From assembly GCF_006345805.1 (NCBI RefSeq), contig NC_042997.1:30504001-30568000 (forward strand): 64,000 nt of DNA. Direction: 5' to 3'. The notes below the pieces were generated by a model. It made no database searches. It worked only from the letters and a program-made list of their open reading frames with translations, and had not been told where the DNA came from. Both the position numbers and the translations under genes were made by a program. This document shows, piece by piece, positions 48,786-61,632 of this stretch (the stretch's first letter is position 1; each line of letters opens with the position of its first letter). The stretch comes from Octopus sinensis (taxonomy: Eukaryota).

Positions 48786-50826
48786 TTTAAGTGTTTTCAT
48801 GATTAAGTATTTTTACTAGAGAGACAACGAGAACGACGTTATGTCTCTTGTTGAGTGTTGCAGTCTCAGTTCTCTGTCATTTCTTATTTCCGTTAACTTG
48901 GCTGATTTCTGTCCGCTTCTCAAAATTTGTCAGCTCAAACATTTCATTTCGTTCTCTTTCATTATCATTTATTATTATTATTATTATTATTACATGATGT
49001 TGATGATGTCTCTCCTCAATGTTAGTTTTGTTTTTTTTCTTTTAAAAGAGTTAATTTCGTCAGTACAAGTGTCTTACTTGTACTGACAAATTTAAATCTT
49101 TATGTTCATTCGTTTCCTGCACAATTTTATCAAGTGCATTCAAAAACGTTTATTGTCCCACATTTCATCGCTAAGCAGGTCAGCTAGCCCAGATTTTGCA
49201 GACGAGAAAAATTATAGTTCTATGCGACTGGTAACATGGAATCCAGTAACAACTTGTTACATGGTCGGGTCGTCGGCGACTAAACCAGCATCCACACTAG
49301 GTTTGCCTAGTGAGGAGGGTTACTAGAAACCCAACAGGGCTAAAAACAAACCTATAAAAAGGACGGATGACCCTAATGTAAGTTCAACGACTATCTAGCA
49401 CAGGCCCTCAGAAATTCCGGGTTGGTGTTCCAGTGTGCTTGAAGACCACTGAAAGGGAGGAAGCCCTCAGTTTTTCTTAAAGCGTTTCTTTAGGAAAATG
49501 TTATTCTGATATACCAGGTATACAGAGAATGGCATGTAATTTTGGGAGGATCTTTTTGAGAGTGACTCACATTCCTGAGCCTGCGATCTATATTGGAACC
49601 GGATATCTTGTTCTGGCTTGTCACTGGATCATGCCAATAGAGTGGAGAGGGTCTGAGAGATGTTAAAAAAGCCTTGTTGTTCGGAAGTAATGCGTAAAGT
49701 TTGACTATTGCAGAGAATCCTCCCGATATTCCTGTCACACAGAAGACACCATCCACCCAAATGCTATTGGATGGTTGAATGGTATCAGAAAGTTTCAGAT
49801 TAACTCTTGACACATTAATACTTTTCTCATAATTTTCTTTTTCTGTAATAATGTCTTTCTCAATCATACCTTCTTATAAATAGGTTATAGAATTCTTGCG
49901 CCATTAACACATAAAGCGCGACGGGCAACGATCGTAGCTGTCAGTCACAGGTCGACAGGCCACGATCGTGGCCCAGATCGATGTATTTAATTTATGGGCG
50001 TTTGTTGGGGTCTAATATCACTCAAACGCTCCGATACCCCGTAAAATGCAAGATGACTAATAGTTCAATTAATGGCTTTCAGATGATGTAAAACTTGCTA
50101 CCATTATATACTAAGAAGATATTTTAACTATTTTTTTGTTTTTATATGTACATGGTAGTCTCATTTTCATAGAATGTACTCAGCAATCCATGCTATGTAA
50201 GTGCAAATCCCAGCGCTTTATCGGTTAAAACCCATTGGCTTCATGTTAGTTTTCCTAACAGAAAAACTTTTCAAGTGGTTCGCTCACGATGAGATTCTCA
50301 AATTACTACCACTTAGTGTTTACCTTTTTTCTTCCTTATATCCCGCTTTTTTTTTCCTATACTGTTCGTCTGCCCCATTCTTGTAATTTTCTATTCATTT
50401 TCTATAGCGTTTATCTGTTTGTTTGTTTTTCTATGCTTCCTTTTCTTCTTTTCAATGTTACTTTTTTATCCAAAAATGATAAGCTCACTGGACATGCACG
50501 ACTAATTTTAATAATGGTTAGCGAATATCAGTTAGCGATACTTAGTCAATTAAGACTTAAAATCTATCCTACCTACTGTGAGACGGTTATGAATGCAATC
50601 ATGAATTTAAAAAATTTTTTTCTTAACAGAGAAAGTTTAACGCTCGCCAAAACAGTTTCATTCCATATTCCTTTTTAGTTAGGAAGTAGTAAAGTGACGC
50701 TAGTAAAAGGTGGACGATTTTCAGTACTGACAGACTATTCTATTTCGAATAAGAATTTAGGAAAATTTTGCCATGTTTCATATTTTGATGTTTTAAATTC
50801 TTAAACATTATCTCTACATATTCTAG

Positions 50827-50977
50827 CCGGAAATTATTTACAGAAAAGGCCCTGGATATACACTCAATAACTTTTGTAGGTGGATATATGATCAAAGATA
50901 CAGGAGACAACAGTTCGACCATGCTGTGCTGCTAACTGGACAAAAAATGTGCCCTGGTACCCATTGCAATTCAGTCG
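50827..50977 (+). CDS. ADAMTS-like metalloprotease exon 5
   Basis: ttctag|CCG, G|gtaggt. PEIIYRKGPGYTLNNFCRWIYDQRYRRQQFDHAVLLTGQKMCPGTHCNSV(G), with the TLxxFCxW and DHAVLLT motifs. Phase 0 to 1. Confidence 0.92.
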
Positions 50978-51590
50978 GTAGGTGCAGCTAACATCGTCGT
51001 CTTTCTTGTTTAGTTTTTGTCGTTAAATTTGGTCAGGAGTCGGCATGAGGAGATACTTCATACTTCAGTTCGAAATGTACGTAAGTACTATCTCAGTGTT
51101 GCTAGTACACTAAAAATAGTCCGAGGGAGAGAATGAGAAATGAAGAAGAATAACAAGCTATGTTGACTGAATATCTATTTGCTATCTCACGAAAAAGTGT
51201 TGTTTCGAATACCAACAGTTGATCTCATAACATAAATTATTAACCTCAAATATTCGACTAAAAGCAACTACGAGTTAAAACTATAGAGGTAAATTAAACA
51301 CTTTTTAGTTGTGTCTTTGTTCACATTCTGGCATTAAAACACTGTTTTCACTCTGCAATGTACAGCTATAGTTAAAGCCTAAAAACAAATTCAATCAGTG
51401 TATACAATGATATGAAACACGCAAATCTAGAGTCGCTTTTATTGATACGCCAATGCAAATTTAAGATCAAAAATTAACCCCTGGGTTCTAGTAGCGATGT
51501 GCATCCCGTGACCAAAAGAAAAAGGCATTCTCGTTACTGACGAACAAAAAAACCTCGTCGATTTTACCATGTTACGCTGCTTACGGTGAA

Positions 51591-51770
51591 TTATTACTCG
51601 GCGCGCGTAAGCGAAAGCAGGGTATTGTAATCACTCGTCTTTGTTTGTCTGTGTGTTTGCAAAATCACTGGAAATCGGTTGAACGGATCTTCACCAAATT
51701 TGGCAGAAATACTCATTGGGTGAGTGGCTCGAAATGACGAAAATTTGATTTGATTATCTTCAAGCATACA
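51591..51770 (+). mobile_element. HINE/Helentron-associated element 5' fragment
   Basis: ttattactcggcgcgcg...gtttgtctgtgtgtttgcaaaatcact..aaatcggttgaacggatcttcaccaaatttggcag, the typical HINE layout. Confidence 0.5.
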
Positions 51771-51792
51771 TAAATACGCACATAGATATGCG

Positions 51793-51839
<47 letters not shown>

Positions 51840-53672
51840 AATGATAGATTTGAGGGTTTCGTTTATTTACGAGTTGATTTCTTAATTTCACCGGAGTATA
51901 AATACTTATAATGGTAGTACTTAAAAAGAAACCTTTTTCTTTTAAATCGAACTTACAAATTTCCCGATAAGGAAGTGGTCATATTATTTATATCCTACAA
52001 TGCACTACACAACGTTTGATTCACCTGCCATCATTGAAAAACGTTCAAAACACTTCTCAAATTCTATGCAATATTTTCTATAAGTATTTCCTTTTATTCA
52101 CTTCCTTTTTCATAATCATGATTATTATTTGAGTAATCATTTATTTAGTCATATGTAAATTTTACTCATATGCAAATTGTATGTTGAACTTTCGAAAACA
52201 ACCTTTGATTTTCTTTGTCAACTCGTATTTTAGCATTTCACTGTAAAACTATTGAAACAAAAAGATTTCTTTTCTTTTTTTTTTTTGAACAAGCATATTC
52301 TTTAGTGAAAAATTGGAGAAGAATCTTTATCTTATGTTATTTTGTCTTAATTTTAATTCCAAATCCCCTAAAATAACATTCAAATTTCCTTGCCAACTTG
52401 TATTTTAACGTTTTCGCGAAAATAAATTTATCTGCGTGCAGGGTATGCATCGTCCCACAGATGCTTTTTTTTTCATTCCGCTTCGTAATAGCTACTTAAG
52501 TGAACTGAATGCTCCGTGCTTGTTGATTTGGACATCTATAGGGGTTCGTCTAAGCAGTGAGATCACTGCGGAAGTCGTGTATTTTACTGTAGGAATGAAG
52601 GTGTGACATGTTGATTTTTTTTATCATAATAGTATTTAGCGAAGTCCCAATTACAATACCTTGGAGAAGAAAAATATGCTATTAGGCTTCCAGCTCAAAG
52701 ACCTTTGGACATGAACATTATATCTCGAAACTTAGGATTAATAAAGCGTATTAATTGGTTTCCATAGCGTATAAGTGACCGGGATCACAACATTGCCCCT
52801 GAAAGGGATACCAGTCTGTCGCAGAGTTACACATTTACAGCTGAGTGGGCTGGAACAACGTGAAATGAATTGTTTTGCTCAAGAACACTACGCAATGTCC
52901 GGTCTGGGAGTCAAAACCACTATTTTACGATTGTGAGTGCAACATCCTAACTACTAGGCCACACGCCTTTACACAACAAAGACCTTAACTTTACATCTAT
53001 GCACATCTATTGCGGATTCTTCGTTGAATGCTTCTAAAGCAGACTTTGTTTCTATACCCGCAGCTCAGTCTAATTGGTGTAAATAAGAACTACATCTTCT
53101 TCGAATGTTATCTTTCGCAGAATGTCGAAGTAACCGGCGAAATTTAAATTTCATTTGCTTAATTTGGTAAACTTAATCCGTCGCTCGATTTAATACGAAA
53201 ACCTAGTACCTTGGGTACCGTTAGCGGAGTACAGCCTGTTACAAGAACTCGGGCCAGGTCTGCATTTTGAGTATACATTTCTCCCTCTTTCCTTCTCTCC
53301 TTCCAACAAGTCTCGGAAGCTCTGAGAAGAGTGTTGGGTTCTGTCTTTCCTCTTGACTAAAAAGATAAATAAAGGCCATAAAACTAAAGTAAATAACCTG
53401 CTTTCAACAGCTTCTTAATATTTAAAAGACATTGTTTGTTTGTTTTCGTTTTGGGCTAGGAACTCATTTACGTTTCATCCTACTTTTCATTGTTTAAGAT
53501 GTGATATCTCCAACCCACAAAAATATTTTTGTTTTTGCACACTAAGCCTTTGTGAAAGTAATTATACATTTGTTTATTTTTGTTTTGAATATGCATATTT
53601 CTGAAGTATATGCATATAACATTGACGCTTTTACACTGCAATTCTTAGTATTCCTTGTGTTCTCTCTGATAG

Positions 53673-53778
53673 GTTATGGTCGTATTGGAGACATGTGTAT
53701 GGAACGTTCAAGCTGTTCATTGGTCAGACTTAGAGGATTACATTCAGCTTTAATAGCAGCGCATGAAATCGGACATAG
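53673..53778 (+). CDS. ADAMTS-like metalloprotease exon 6 (HExxH)
   Basis: ctctctgatag|GT, AG|gtaagt. GYGRIGDMCMERSSCSLVRLRGLHSALIAAHEIGH(S). Phase 1 to 2. Confidence 0.93.
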
Positions 53779-54017
53779 GTAAGTAGTGTGATTAGAACAA
53801 ACGGTTTGTTCATATATCTATTTGCAGTCAGGTCATAATAGCAGCTAGCGGAATTTATGGTGTGCAAGACTTCTGATAAATATTGCATGGTTTGTATCCT
53901 GGTTCTGGCTGCGTGACTTTTTCTTTCTTTTCTCTTTCTTTATTTTTGTGGTGGGCGGGGTGAGCGAAGTATAGGAATAAAATTCTTAACATTCTGTTAG
54001 TCCAGTCCACTAATATA

Positions 54018-54872
54018 CAGGGTGCGATGGGTAAATTGTCACCATGTTATATCTTTAATTTCACGCATGCGCATTGTTTGTTTTTGATTTGTCGACTATA
54101 CAGTATAGCAGAGTCAGTTGGGCACCGTTTGTGAGAAAAGCGGCACCATGACGCAATTCACTCCTACCAGAAATTTAGAAGCGACATGTCGTGCTGCTTG
54201 GCATCCGCGCAGGAAGCTCCAATACGAAGCGCCGGAAACTCCAATACGATCATGTACCGTGAGTGATAAAAATCAAGCATCTAGTCAACATCATAGTGTT
54301 TGGAGTGATCACTAGTGATGGTGACGTTATTCCTCCATTCATCTTCCCACACAGCCTCATATTCAACATGGAAGCCTACATCAAGTGCCTGGAGGAGATA
54401 GTGCTGCCATGGGTCAAGAGGGTGGCTGCTGGAAGACCCTATATCTGGCAACAGGACTCCATTCCACACAAGCAGGAGAACCCAGTCATGGCTGTCAGAC
54501 AATTTCTGCGACCACATCACCCTTAACATCTGGCCACCTAACTTTCCAGACTGCAACCCCATTGATTATAATGTATGGAACGCAGTTGAGCGAGAGAATA
54601 ACAAAACTCCTTATAACACCAAAAATGAACTGAAGGCAAGGATTAAGGCAGCATTCACCCACTTAAACAAGCAGACCGTCCAGAAGAGTTGCAGGAGATT
54701 CCGAAGTCGTTTGGAGGTCGTGGTTGAAGGCAATGTCGATTTTATTGAATAAATTTACTCTTTAATATTCCAAGATACTTTTATGTAATTTTGGTCGATA
54801 CATCTGTTAAAATGAGATGTCAGTATTATTTTCATTTTTGCGTAATTTAGACAATACATTCACTGCACCCTA
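54018..54872 (+). mobile_element. Internally deleted Tc1/mariner DD37D (maT-like) element
   Basis: TA|cagggtgc...gcaccct TIRs. VFGVITSDGDVIPPFIF...RPYIWQQDS..PH / RTQSWLSDNF..WPPNFPDCNPIDYNVW...GNVDFIE*. The DD37 spacing is inferred after repairing a frameshift. Confidence 0.85.
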
Positions 54873-54890
54873 TGTGTATGTATATATATA

Positions 54891-55085
54891 ACGGGAAGCT
54901 TTATGAAAATAAACAAAAGATGAAGGCAGGTGGAATACAAACAAACAATTGTATTAGTATGGCGCTCAGGAATATAAATAAAACAAGTCTTTTACGTTTC
55001 GAGCCTACGCTCTTCAACAGAAAAGAAACACGGAAAGAAACAAGGAGAGAAAAAAATGCGTGCAGAGGCTAGCGAATCAACATAG

Positions 55086-55088
<3 letters not shown>
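54891..55088 (-). mobile_element. Short Penelope-like repeat with minimal hammerhead motif
   Basis: Between TA-rich runs. Motif at 54989-55025, core CTGTTGA. Homologous to 30373-30540. Confidence 0.6.
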
Positions 55089-55125
<37 letters not shown>

Positions 55126-55436
55126 TAGTATGGATACCTTTTTACACATGCACACACCACCACCTCCTCCTCCCTTCCTAATTACATTCATAAAACCACT
55201 TTCTCACGTAACTACTAACCCCCTTTGCTATTTTCCAACCACCTTTTCTCATTCTTTTCCTTTTTCAGTTCTATCTTCCTACGAAGAACTAGCGTCAAAA
55301 ATGTCGATACTTTTTCCCTTCCTATTGTTAAAACTTTCTTCCCCCTGTGTTGTCTTCTTTTTGCACTCGTGTATGTCTGTTTATTCGTGAATGCGTATTT
55401 CGTGTATATATTTTTACCCGTTATGCGTTTGCTAAT

Positions 55437-55467
<31 letters not shown>

Positions 55468-55870
55468 AATGCAGAGATAAGCAAGTTAGACAGATCAATA
55501 TATAAAGTATATTAAATACATGAAATACAAAAAAATGTGTATATGTATACATATATATAAAAAAAAGCGTCCGACTTACACACAATAGAAATGATATAGA
55601 GCGTTTCCATCTTTGAACATCTTTACTTTAACTCCTGAAATGTAAGATCTCTTCCCTGAAGACAGAGGCTCGTCTCATCCTATGATAGAATCAATCTACA
55701 AACATTATGGACCACCGAGTCCTCGGAAGCAGCTGTTGGATTTGTAATATTGATTCTCATCCCCTTTGATGTTCTATATCATTTCTATTCTGTGTAAGTC
55801 CGTTTTATATGCAAACATAAATACATTTTTTGCATTTCATGTATTTAATATATTTTATATATTGATCTGT

Positions 55871-56137
55871 GGAGGCGCAATTGCCCAGTGGTTAGGGCAG
55901 CGGACTCGCGGTCGTAGGATCGCGGTTTCGACCGGGCGTTGTGAGTGTTTATTGAGCGACAACACCTAAAGCTCTACGAGGCTCCGGCAGGGGGTGGTGG
56001 CGATCCCTTCTGTACTCTTTCGCCACAACTTTCTCTCACTCTTTCTTCTGTTGGCCTGCTCGCTTAGCCAGCGAGGTGGCGTCATTTGAAGGCTAAAACA
56101 ATGCGAAGCGCATTGTGGCCAGCGATGTGATCACGGT
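55871..56137 (+). mobile_element. SINE B'' (B head/body with an alternative tail)
   Basis: Matches B up to ctttctctcactct, then ttggcctgctcgcttagccagcg...gaagcgcattgtggccagcgat. Confidence 0.8.
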
Positions 56138-56759
56138 AATATATTGATCTACCCTACATTTATTTCGATACCCACTCAATTTAAATCTTCTTGAGCACTA
56201 CTAAGTGTATTCTATACAGAGAACATTTGAATCTCATCTATGAACTATATATATATTAGTGAATGCATATATTTTTACTTGTTATGTGTCTGTTCATATA
56301 TATGTGTGTGTGTGTATTGGTGAATGCGTATTTTATGTATATATTTCGACCTGTTATGTGTGTTGTTTCACATACATACATACATACATACATACATACA
56401 TTAAAGCAATGAATTAGCAAGTAAAGTGCTGAATCAGAGATTATATTCTTAGGAGCATATACTATGGCAATAAAGGCATTATATATGACATTAAGAGTCA
56501 AATGCACTGAACAAAATGCATCTTAACTGGTATTAGTCAAAGTATAAATCAATTAAAGGATCAACCTATAACTCTAATTATAAATAATTCAGAGCCACGA
56601 CATTAGTTCCAGTGAGGAAATATATTACTGTAAGTTAGAAACACTATATTAAGGAAATAATGTCTAGTTCAACTTAAAGGTTTACGGTTCTCTCCCGCCA
56701 CTAAATGTTATTTCTGTATTAACTTTCCTTGTGGTGTGTGAACGGATAGCTGACAGATA

Positions 56760-56959
56760 TATTTCTTTACTACCCACAAGGGGCTGAACACAGAGGGGAC
56801 AAACAAGGACAGACAAACGGATTAAGTCGATTGCATCGACCCCAATGCGCAACTGGTACTTAATTTATCGACCCCGAGAGGATGAAAGGCTAAGTCGACC
56901 TCGGCGGAATTTGAACCCGGGACGTAGCGGTAGACGAAATACGGCTACGCATTTCGCCC
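56760..56959 (-). mobile_element. SINE family C (5' truncated)
   Basis: Core and tail clear. Confidence 0.85.
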
Positions 56960-57002
56960 AGAATTAATTATATTGTCTGTTTGTCAGTTTGTATGCATGC
57001 GT

Positions 57003-57120
57003 GTATGTATGTCATTATTCAGTTTTATTTCAAGATTTTGGGCCAATAGAGAAAGAGCCGGTTTCTAACCTAGATTCAAGGCTCCTTCATTGGAATTTCA
57101 ACATCAACAGGGTATTTTTG
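57003..57120 (+). repeat. Unclassified interspersed repeat (two copies)
   Basis: gtatgtcattattcagttt.atttcaagatt...ggtttctaaccta.at.caaggctcc recurs at ~60452-60565. Confidence 0.7.
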
Positions 57121-57197
57121 TAGGTAAATTTATAAATTCACACCAGACTCGGTAGTAAATAATTGTTCCCCGCGATAATTTATTTTGTATGTGTGTG

Positions 57198-57237
<40 letters not shown>

Positions 57238-57438
57238 TGTGAGTGTGCAATCGTCTTAGTTGACTTCGTAAGCTGTCGGAAGTGCATTCTTCCGCGGAAA
57301 ACGGAGTGGGGCGGCACCTCAGAAATTCCCCTTCCCGACCCTGTTTTTCGTCGTTGCAATCGTCTTAATTGACCGTATATATATATAATCAGTTAATTCC
57401 GTTTACAGATTGTATATTGTAATTAAAATGTTTATGTT

Positions 57439-57636
57439 TGGTTGTTTGCTGGAATTGAGCGGATTAGCAAACGTCGTTTTGTTGTTCCTCTGACTGGTTA
57501 GAAGCGTGACAAAGCGGCACTGCTTCCACTAATTCAAAAATACATCAAACCTGGTTCAGTTATCTACATTGATTCTGGGGCAGCTTACAAACATATACAA
57601 ACACTAGGCTATCAACATTACATGATAAACCACAAA
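57439..57636 (+). pseudogene. Merlin (IS1016/ISXO2-like) transposase fragment
   Basis: WLFAGIERISKRRFVVPLTG*KRDKAALLPLIQKYIKPGSVIYIDSGAAYKHIQTLGYQHYMINHK matches the Merlin WVFGGIER...LLPLI...I.PGS.I.SD...Y..L...GY.H..VNH motif. Confidence 0.75.
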
Positions 57637-57776
57637 GGGACGCGCCAGACGTAGTAGTCTAGACAGTAGGTCAAATCTGGAGAGCTAGGAGGCAAAATAT
57701 TAAGAGTAGAATTATCCTGAAAATCTTCGACCATTCATTCCTGGGTCACGCAGGTTATATGAGAGGGAGAAGAGTC

Positions 57777-58488
57777 TTACTGGAACACGTATGACCTCCC
57801 CCGAGCAACTTTCTCGATCCAGGACTTCACAACTGTCTCTATCGTTTCCTTGCAGGCTGCCATATTGACCTTAAGACTTTGCGCAGAGAAAGCGAGTAGG
57901 CACAACATGGCCTTCACTCCTCGCAAAACCACCAAGACTATCACCAGAAGGTGGACACTTGATGCGCATATCAGGATTTCAGTGGGGCTGACGCAGAGTC
58001 GTCTATCATTCTTCCTGTCCACATTTTGATCTTGGACGAAGTTCTTATCTGAGAAGCAGAGCAATTCGGACCCTTTCGGGATATTTGTGTTTGTTCAGCA
58101 AGCGCTTCGACCGGTCTTATCAGACACGAAATGCCCTCTTCTCAAAACATGAGATTTGTAACTGATGTCCTCGAGCACCACACGTCTAATCGTTGACTCC
58201 GGCACTTGGAGTTGATTGGCAATGACATTCACTGACTTGCCGAGGTTTTCGTTGATGATCTCCTGGACTTGCTGGGCAAACTCGACTTTTCCGACAATGT
58301 CTTGTTATTGAGAATGCCACGGAAGACACATTGCTGCCAAAGACCAGAGGTTCGTTTCCGATCTTAAACACGAAGGGCTTGGCAACATCTAAGAAGGTTG
58401 AGATATCAGAATTATTGTGGCTGGCAGCTGAGGAGACGACGATAACAGCATATCTTTTTATTGTCTGAATCAGATTGGAAGCTGCCAT
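57777..58488 (-). pseudogene. Tc1/mariner DD37D-like transposase, N-terminal two thirds
   Basis: MAASNLIQTIKRYAVIV...ISTFLDVAKPFVFK, then FSDKNFVQDQNVDRKNDR...VKSWIEKVARGRSYVFQ*. Frameshifted, truncated at the QQD motif. Confidence 0.8.
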
Positions 58489-58593
58489 GTTGAGGCTGAA
58501 TAAAGGGAATATATTTAGTTAAAGTTTGGGCTACTTATAGATCTTACAAGTTTTGTTCTCAAATTGCTGATGCACCTTGTACACACACACACT

Positions 58594-58681
<88 letters not shown>

Positions 58682-59259
58682 ACACACATATTTCAAAAAT
58701 TTTACAAAAACATAACAAACAGAAAATCCGTAACAACTTATTTCTCATCAGTCAACGTCCAAAAGATGGTTACAATTTCTCGCCTTTGACGTTGATATTG
58801 GTCACTTTGGTGGTGTGGGTGGCAAAAAAAAACCACTGGGAATAGCTAACGAACATACAGGGCAATGACGAAAACAAACACGACAAAATAAAATATACAA
58901 CTAAAAAAGTTGTGCGGCCGCAAGACGGACAGATATGGGGTAATGCAAAAGAAAATGAAAATGTCCCGTAGGACTGAAGACGAGAGAAAGAGAGACAGAA
59001 AGTCAGAAAGAAGGAAGAAATAAAGTATTTTTGCATGTTTAGATGTTTGTGCATTTGTGTGTGCATATATACGTATGTATGTTTATGAATAAATGTTTGC
59101 TACTGTGTAAATATTTATGTAGACATGTTCTTATGTAATGTTACCTACATTCTATAGCTTTACTTTCGCGTAATATAGTATGTTGCTTTTGTATTTACGG
59201 TATTACATACGTCCAAACATGGGACTGACCTATAATATCACCGAATGTATGTATGTATA

Positions 59260-59773
59260 CCGTAAATCTTCGAGTATAGTCCGCTCTTGAGTATAATGCG
59301 CGGGGGATATTTAGTGGACTGTACCTCTGAAAAACCTAAACATTGTGTATAGTACGCACCCCTTCTCTAACTTGAGTCAAAGAGGTCTATAAAATGTCCT
59401 TGGCTTGTAAAAATGTATACGGTAACGTCCTTTATTATTATTGTATATATAACATAATGCAAACGTATAGCTTTTTTGTGCATTTTGTTTGCAGAAAATA
59501 AAGAAATAACAGTAATAATATGTAATAATTGTTGCTTATTGCAAGTTATGAATGATTCTTTTATGACTTCATTTCTTTCAGGCTTAGCTTAAGGTATTTT
59601 CGCGCCCGACATCACAAAATGCGTCTGAATAAACATTGCTGGACAGCAAATAGAGTCCCGGACATTGCTTAGAAAATAATTTTCATATTTAACCTCGTAT
59701 ATAGTACGCACTAGGGATGTTGATCTTTAAATTTGTTGGGGGGGGGATGCGGATTATACTCGAGGATTTACGG
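59260..59773. mobile_element. pogo/Tigger-type MITE (514 bp)
   Basis: TA|ccgtaaatcttcgagtatagtccgc ... gcggattatactcgaggatttacgg|TA. Confidence 0.85.
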
Positions 59774-59798
59774 TATCCATTTGTATTTTCTATTTCAG

Positions 59799-59939
59799 TT
59801 TTGGTTTGGAACATGACCATCCTTTGGTAAACGGGTGTAATCCATCTGAAGAAACTATAATGAAACCACAGATTACCAAACATACAGAGCATTATGTGTG
59901 GTCTCATTGTAGTAGAGATAGTCTTCATAAGTTCTTACG
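59799..59939 (+). CDS. ADAMTS-like metalloprotease exon 7 (third zinc His, Met-turn)
   Basis: ttttctatttcag|T, CG|gtaagt. (S)FGLEHDHPLVNGCNPSEETIMKPQITKHTEHYVWSHCSRDSLHKFL(R) completes HEIGHSFGLEHD and has the IM Met-turn and WSxCS. Not in the ORF track. Phase 2 to 2. Confidence 0.93.
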
Positions 59940-59965
59940 GTAAGTGGTTTTATCATATCAAAACA

Positions 59966-60376
59966 CTTTTACTCTTTTTACTCTTTTACTTGTTTCAGTC
60001 ATTTGACTACGGCCATGCTGGAGCACCGCCTTTAATTGAGCAACTCGACCCCGGAACTTATTCTTTTGTAAACCCAGTACTTATTCTATCGGTCTCTTTT
60101 GCCGAACCGCTAAGTAACGGGGACATAAACACACCAGCATCGGTTGTCAAGCAATGCCAGGGGGACAAACACACACACACAAACATACACACACACACAC
60201 ACACACACACACCACACACACACACACACACATATATATACATATATACGACAGGCTTCTTTCAGTTTCCGTCTACCAAATCCACTCACAAGGCTTTGGT
60301 CTACCCGAGGCTATAGTAGAAGACACTTGCCCAAGGTGCCACGCAGTGGGACTGAACCCAGAAGCATGTGGTTGGT
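59966..60376 (-). mobile_element. SINE family A (head clipped)
   Basis: Starts ~26 nt after the exon 7 donor. Confidence 0.88.
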
Positions 60377-61018
60377 ATTATTGATTCATTTCGTGTTAAA
60401 TTCATTTCGTGTTAAAATTTCATCATGTGTGAATATATGAGTGTGTGTGGGTATGTATGTCATTATTCAGTTTATTTCAAGATTCGATTCCTTGCCAATA
60501 GAGAACTGGTTTCTAACCTACATCCAAGGCTCCTTAATTGGAATTTAAACATCAACAACAGGGTATGTATGGATGGATGGATGTGCAGATTTGTATACAT
60601 ATGCAGATTTATGTTTTATGTACTCTCATGCGTATAGTTGCATATTTAGACATGCTCATATATATTTGTATGTATGTATGTATGTATGTATGGATGTATG
60701 TATGTATGTATGTATGTGTGTATGTATGTGTGTGTGTATGTATGTATGTATGTATGTATGTATGTAGATATGGATATAGCTTACTTTGTGTGTGTGGGTA
60801 TAGGTCTATTTGTATAGATATGTGAATGTGTCAGTTCAGAGTCAATGGACAACATTGAAACATCTATGTTCTTGCAATGCATGTTCGTGCCATCTTTACA
60901 TGCACGTCAGTGATGTCCATTAGCCCAGAAGAGGAATAATCTGTAAAGTTGAAAACCTTCCTTAGATAAAAATATATCTTAATAGGGTCTCAATAAAGAG
61001 AAGAAAACTTCCAATGAA

Positions 61019-61178
61019 AGGAGTGGCTGTGTGGTAAGTAACTTGCTAACCAGCCACATGGTTCCGGGTTCAGTCCCACTGCGTGGCATCTTGGGCAAGT
61101 GTCTTCTGCTATAGCCCCGGGCCGACTAATGCCTTGTGAGTGGATTTGGTAGACGGAAACTGAAAGAAGCCTGTCGTA

Positions 61179-61227
<49 letters not shown>

Positions 61228-61446
61228 TTGTGTGTCTGTGTTTGTCCCTCTAGCATTGCTTGACAACCGATGCTGGTGTGCTTACGTCCCCGTCACTTAG
61301 CGGTTCGACAAAAAGAGACCGTTAGAATAAGTACTGGGCTTACAAAGAATAAGTTCCGGGGTCGATTTGCTCGACTAAAGGTGGTGCTCCAGCATGGCCG
61401 CAGTCAAATGACTGAAACAAGTAAAAGAGTAAAAGAGTAAAGAGTA
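61019..61446 (+). mobile_element. SINE family A
   Basis: Near full-length copy. Confidence 0.9.
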
Positions 61447-61632
61447 ATCTCCAACATTATAAAAGCACTTAATTTTTACCAGCTACATCGAATAAATTGC
61501 CTGTATTTTGATAACGTTAGTACCACTCTAATTCTGTCTGTAATTTCTGTTTGTTTTATTTTTCCAATCCGTTGTCAAATTTGAAATAAGTTTCCGCTGT
61601 TGACTAATATTTATCTTTTCTCTCCTTTGCAG

